Origin: an uncultured Chlamydiae bacterium
GTDB lineage: Bacteria > Chlamydiota > Chlamydiia > Chlamydiales > JAJFMA01
Direction of reading: 5' to 3'
NCBI GenBank assembly: GCA_963713615.1
Contig: CAVQMM010000001.1
Coordinates: 2,688,001 to 2,752,000, forward strand
Length of the DNA stretch: 64,000 bases
This document shows positions 60,701 to 64,000 of this stretch, one piece after another. Numbering within the stretch: the stretch's first letter is position 1; each line of letters begins with the position of its first letter. The translations under genes and the position numbers were made by a program. Under the pieces are notes generated by a model. It did not search any database and was not told the DNA's origin. It was given only the letters and a program-made list of their open reading frames with translations.

Positions 60701-61205
60701 CAAGATGGTTAAGATTTACGCGTACGCCCTGCTGACGTCGCTGACGCATGTGTTGGGCCAATAACGCTGGTTCAGCGGGAAGGATGACTCGAGACATTTC
60801 CTGACGCAGCAGCCTTTTGACGAGCGGCACAAAGAGACCAGGCAAAAATCGGCCAAACCGGCGAAAGAGGTGAATGCCGGTTCGTTCTAGTAGAGGCAAA
60901 AAATGCGGCACACCAAATTTATCAATAAGATAGGTCAATTGATCTGCAATGCGATGTGGGTCATCACTTCGGAAGCATTGATCCGTCATGCTAGTAGTGA
61001 AGGCCTTGCCCAACGGGTCCTCCATCATGCGCGCCAATTGCCCCTGAACTCGCCGCTCATCGGCTGTCTGGATCTTATTGGCCTCCTGCAAAAGAGAAGC
61101 GGCTAAAGTTATCGCCTCGTCGCATCGCTGAGTCATGGTTCGCGAGGATCTCTGAGCATGAGAGAACAAACGCATGGCAGCGCTCTGATTTTCTTGCTGA
61201 TTCAT
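57738..61205 (-). CDS. putA: Bifunctional proline dehydrogenase / P5C dehydrogenase
   Basis: NLDMEE, LQAY, RIVKGANL, RRLDEN, PWNFP, ETGGKN, GQKCSA, EFFGPV, QPFGG. Confidence 0.95.
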   Translation of the reverse strand: MNQQENQSAAMRLFSHAQRSSRTMTQRCDEAITLAASLLQEANKIQTADERRVQGQLARMMEDPLGKAFTTSMTDQCFRSDDPHRIADQLTYLIDKFGVPHFLPLLERTGIHLFRRFGRFLPGLFVPLVKRLLRQEMSRVILPAEPALLAQHMRQRRQQGVRVNLNHLGEAVLGEEEAQHRLQLYLDDLAKPEVEYISVKVSTIYSQINLIGWEHTLDRLSKPLRKLYRASRKHLYRRPDGTEVPKFVNLDMEEYSDLLLTVELFCRVLGEEEFLDLSAGIVLQAYIPDSFAVQQKLTQWAIQRMAAKSAPIKIRIVKGANLAMEQVTAAMHGWQQAPYSDKGEVDANFKRMILYGMKPEHARAVHLGIGSHNLFDIAFALLLRQENGLEKEVCFEMLEGMADHIRRAVQNVSGDMLLYCPAASEAEFQNAIAYLIRRLDENTAPQNFLRHAFGLNPGSHAWQDQATLFRNSCTEADSVSSDVRRQQNRQRSPLKPSLQSPFANEPDTDWALPANRKWLETIVAEHKPKPTTPVEMATWQDVDAALNTASRSQLNWSALATHERSEVLWNVAQALRCHRAQLMEAMIFTCNKVAAEADIEIQEAIDFVEYYRREMISLDEISNVQWSAKGIVVIAPPWNFPCSIPVGGIAAALATGNAVLFKPAPEAIVVGNIVADAFWEGGISRDVLHFIPCEDDPVGSRLIQDSRVAVVVLTGATETARHLLRLRPGLDLLAETGGKNAMIVSCMADRDLAIRDVIQSAFGHAGQKCSACSLLICEAEVYDDPQFRRQLRDAAASWAAGSSWNFQTRLSPLIRPASGALLRALTTLEEGEEWLLQPRQDSQNPQLWSPGIKMGVKPGSFTHQTEFFGPVLALMRADSLDEAIRLANGTPYGLTSGLHSLDEREQQYWIERADAGNLYVNRGITGAIVQRQPFGGCKDSSFGPGAKAGGPNYLINFMKAEQSGLPEEKDFFSLPDLQKHLSPDDIAVWSASLSSYAHFWKQLFSKACDFSRIQGEDNLFTYRPRHVILRVQANDQAIGYLRVCAAARICGAKLEISSDVTLSIEATLETDEAFLQRMAAIPHVRVRLLQPPSEKLRVGLAEMGARIAIAPVFSSGRLELLHHLRELSISIDYHRYGNLGDRENEKRSPLRTVSP

Positions 61206-61254
61206 AACCTCTTCTGGGGTTTGTTTCCTTAATACGGCAGTGTAACAGGAGGAT

Positions 61255-62278
61255 TAGGATTTTTACCACAGAGGACACAGAGTGCTCTGAGATAGGAGAG
61301 AGAGGAGGGATTTATTTTTTTTTATTTAATAGATGCCCATGGGGTCCATTAGTGTCCATGCTGTCCATTAAGAGGTAATTGCAGAAGTCCGATTCTCCGA
61401 ATTCAATTTCCTGAAAATCGGATGCCGGTGAAGAGAGAGTCATTCCCTTCCCAGGCCCGAAGGGTCGATATTGCAACAGGCCATGGCATCGCCACATAGG
61501 CCTCAACCTAACAGGTCTTTTGAGCTTATATCTCAATGACTTAGGACTTCACAATCGTATCTCGGCGCGCAGCGCTTTGGAGTGCGGTCGCTTGCGACCG
61601 CTTTTCGTTCCTTGGGACGGCAATGCTAAACGGCATTGTATGGATTCGTCGAAGGCTGCATGTACTAACTATTTTACCCTTAGGGAATTATAGTGATGCC
61701 GTTGCACACGACCGTCGCAAGGAACCCAAAGCGGTCGCAAGCGACCGCACTCCAAAGCGCTGCGCGCCGAGATACGATTGTTAGGCTTAGGTTGAGGCCT
61801 ATGTGGCATCGCCATGGTATATGCCAAAACGGTTTTAGCAGCCTGTAGGGCTGCCATAAAGCGCATGCATAAATGGTGTTTGTAAACTGGCGTCTTGTAG
61901 CAGTCCTTCAGACTGCGAAATCCCTTCCTGGCATATACCATGGCGATGCCATGGCCTGTTGCAATATCGACCCTTCGGGCCTGGGAAGGGAGAAAAGCCT
62001 GTCTTTCCAGACTGGATAGTGCCATACCACTTAAGCTCTCTAGAATCGCCTTCTCACAAAAAAAGGTAACCTTTTTTCCCGAGAATCGATTCTCAAGGGC
62101 TCAAATAATTTTGCAATTACCTCATTAATGTCCATTTTTTCTGAAGCAAAAATGGACTTTATAGACAGTAATTGACCTTATAAACATTTATTAAACAAAA
62201 AAAATAAAAAACCTATCCAATGTTTCCTTCTTTTCTCCTATCTCTGTGCACTCTGTGTCCTCTGCGGTAAAAATCTTA
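61255..62278. repeat. Nested composite repeat, copy 3 (GAGGTAATTGC element 61372-62123)
   Basis: Outer ACCACAGAGGACACAGAG pair, about 9-bp-periodic GTCCAT repeats, TIR element flanked by ATTAA. Confidence 0.9.
61495..61803 (-). mobile_element. 309-bp IS231-like MITE, copy 3, opposite orientation
   Basis: Reverse complement of 8388-8696 within same-orientation flanks; TSD TGGCATCGCCA. Confidence 0.88.
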
Positions 62279-62344
62279 TTTCTCTCTCCTTTACAAAAAG
62301 CGACGCCTCTAGGTACCGTAGACGCATCTAAGAACGAGGACCTG

Positions 62345-63604
62345 ATGTTATTACGTATTTTACCGTTTCGTTTGCTATGTATTCTTCTGATGGCCTTTGG
62401 CAGTGCATGTGCTACTCCAGTACAAGTGGGTATTGACGTCCTCCTGAACGGCGAATACGACACCTTACTAAAGGGCAAGCGTCTGGGTCTCATCACCAAC
62501 CAAACAGCTCTCAACAGTCAGCGAATCCATACGATCGATTTATTGAAGTCAAACGCAAAAAAAAAGGGTTACCAACTCGTTGCATTGTTTGCGCCGGAAC
62601 ATGGGATTACAGGCGCAGCGTATGCATCTGCTAAGATTGCCGATGAAACAGATCCTGATGGTATTCCCATCTTTAGTCTTCATGGATCTTCCCACAGGCC
62701 TACTCCTGAAATGCTTCAAAAGATCGATCTGCTACTGTACGACATCCAGGATATAGGCTCTCGTTCCTATACCTTTGTATCGACGTTATTTTACGCGATG
62801 GAGGAAGCCGCGAAGCATTCCGTTCCTGTCATGGTTCTGGACCGTCCTAACCCTCTGAACGGCATCCTCGTAGACGGTCCAATTCTGGAGGAGCAATGGC
62901 GTTCCATTGTCGGCTATATCAATGTACCCTATTGTCATGGAATGACGGTTGGAGAATTGGCTTCCTATTTCAACAAAGAATACAACGTAGGGTGCCAGCT
63001 TACTGTTGTCCCAATGCGTGGATGGCGACGCGCCATGACCTTTCGTGACACAGGCCTTACATGGATCCCAACAAGTCCTAACATCCCTGAAGCGACTACT
63101 CCTTGGTTCTATCCTGCTACGGGAATTTTAGGAGAACTGCAGATCGTCAGCATTGGCATCGGCTACACACTGCCTTTTAAAGTCGTGGGAGCTCCTTGGA
63201 TCGACGCAGAGAGCTTTGCCGCCAAACTGAATGCCCAGAAGTTCCCTGGGGTTGCTTTTATTCCATTTCACTTTCGACCGTTTAGTGGTCGCTTTGCTCA
63301 AGAAGATTGTCACGGTGTGCTTTTGACCATCACAGACCCCCTACGATACAAGCCGGTGGAAACGCAGTACTTGCTAATTGGTATCCTTAAAAGTCTTTAT
63401 CCCGGGCCATTCGCGCATGCCCTAGAAGCCTCTAAGGGACGACGCGACATGTTCGCCAAAGTCAATGGCACCGACGAAGTGTATCGTATTATTAGCGAAG
63501 GTCAATATGTCGTTTGGCAACTCAAGGGTTTACATCAAAAAGAGCGCCAGGCCTTCTTGCAGAAGAGAAAACGATTCTTAATTCCCACCTACTCAGCTAC
63601 CTAA
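62345..63604 (+). CDS. namZ: Exo-beta-N-acetylmuramidase NamZ (DUF1343) family
   Basis: GLITNQT, FAPEHG, DIQDIGSRSYTF, LDRPNPL, HGMTVGELA, TSPNIP; signal peptide; GAGGA before ATG 62345. Confidence 0.85.
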   Translation: MLLRILPFRLLCILLMAFGSACATPVQVGIDVLLNGEYDTLLKGKRLGLITNQTALNSQRIHTIDLLKSNAKKKGYQLVALFAPEHGITGAAYASAKIADETDPDGIPIFSLHGSSHRPTPEMLQKIDLLLYDIQDIGSRSYTFVSTLFYAMEEAAKHSVPVMVLDRPNPLNGILVDGPILEEQWRSIVGYINVPYCHGMTVGELASYFNKEYNVGCQLTVVPMRGWRRAMTFRDTGLTWIPTSPNIPEATTPWFYPATGILGELQIVSIGIGYTLPFKVVGAPWIDAESFAAKLNAQKFPGVAFIPFHFRPFSGRFAQEDCHGVLLTITDPLRYKPVETQYLLIGILKSLYPGPFAHALEASKGRRDMFAKVNGTDEVYRIISEGQYVVWQLKGLHQKERQAFLQKRKRFLIPTYSAT

Positions 63605-63622
63605 GAATAAAAGGAATTGCCA

Positions 63623-64000
63623 ATGGCTACGAGGTTTGTGGATCTTTCGATACCTATCGATAACAACCCTGCTAGCGATCCTACGTGGATGCCTGTACAA
63701 GTCCGCTATTCTAGCCACAAAGAAACTGTGAATCAGCTTCAGCGAGCCTTTCCTGGCCTTACAGCAGACCAGCTCCCCGACAAAGAGGGTTGGGCCATTG
63801 AGCACATAAACCTTTGCACCCACAATGGCACCCACTTAGATGCTCCATATCACTATGCCTCCACTATGGATAAAGGCCAGCGCGCGATTACTATCGATGA
63901 GGTCCCGCTTGATTGGTGCTTTCGGCCAGGGATCAAACTAGATTTTCGTCATTTTCCAGATGGTTATGTCGCCGCAGCCAACGATGTTGCGGAAGAACTT
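63623..64000 (+). CDS. Cyclase family (kynurenine formamidase-like) metal hydrolase; runs off window end
   Basis: Hand translation: MATRFVDLSIPI...THNGTHLDAPYHY...TIDEVPLDWCF. Confidence 0.88.
   Translation, partial: MATRFVDLSIPIDNNPASDPTWMPVQVRYSSHKETVNQLQRAFPGLTADQLPDKEGWAIEHINLCTHNGTHLDAPYHYASTMDKGQRAITIDEVPLDWCFRPGIKLDFRHFPDGYVAAANDVAEEL

Noticed and set aside
1..64000. tRNA/rRNA genes and autonomous transposases for the MITEs
   Set aside because: None recognised; the IS110 enzyme is the only transposase seen

Overview
64-kb chromosomal window, most likely from an environmental chlamydia (Chlamydiota, Parachlamydiales-like). This is inferred from the chlamydial-type gspD-E-F-G-pseudopilin operon, a stand-alone nqrA, an SycD/LcrH chaperone, a DUF2608-like protein and a BTB-domain protein. 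Genes include tex, uvrD, putA, namZ, two tandem DHCR24-like FAD oxidoreductases and a Wzx/Wzy-type polysaccharide locus. The non-coding DNA is the most interesting part. (1) A complete IS110 element whose left end holds a readable bridge RNA, with guides matching its own donor junction and its target hairpin, plus a promoter that forms only on circularisation. (2) Nested 'Russian-doll' inverted-repeat elements in which a 309-bp IS231-like MITE (11-bp TSD) and the IS110 each target a hairpin of the same host repeat, with internal modules in both orientations. (3) Two homologous tandem leader peptides (VFxxMxx[LI]MRx-stop inside a hairpin) before a signal-peptide-bearing SAM-hydrolase-family gene and an NSS transporter, a candidate SAM/methionine scavenging operon with peptide-based control. 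(4) A 162-bp palindrome inserted in frame in a T2SS pseudopilin gene. Family assignments come from motif recognition only; no searches were run.
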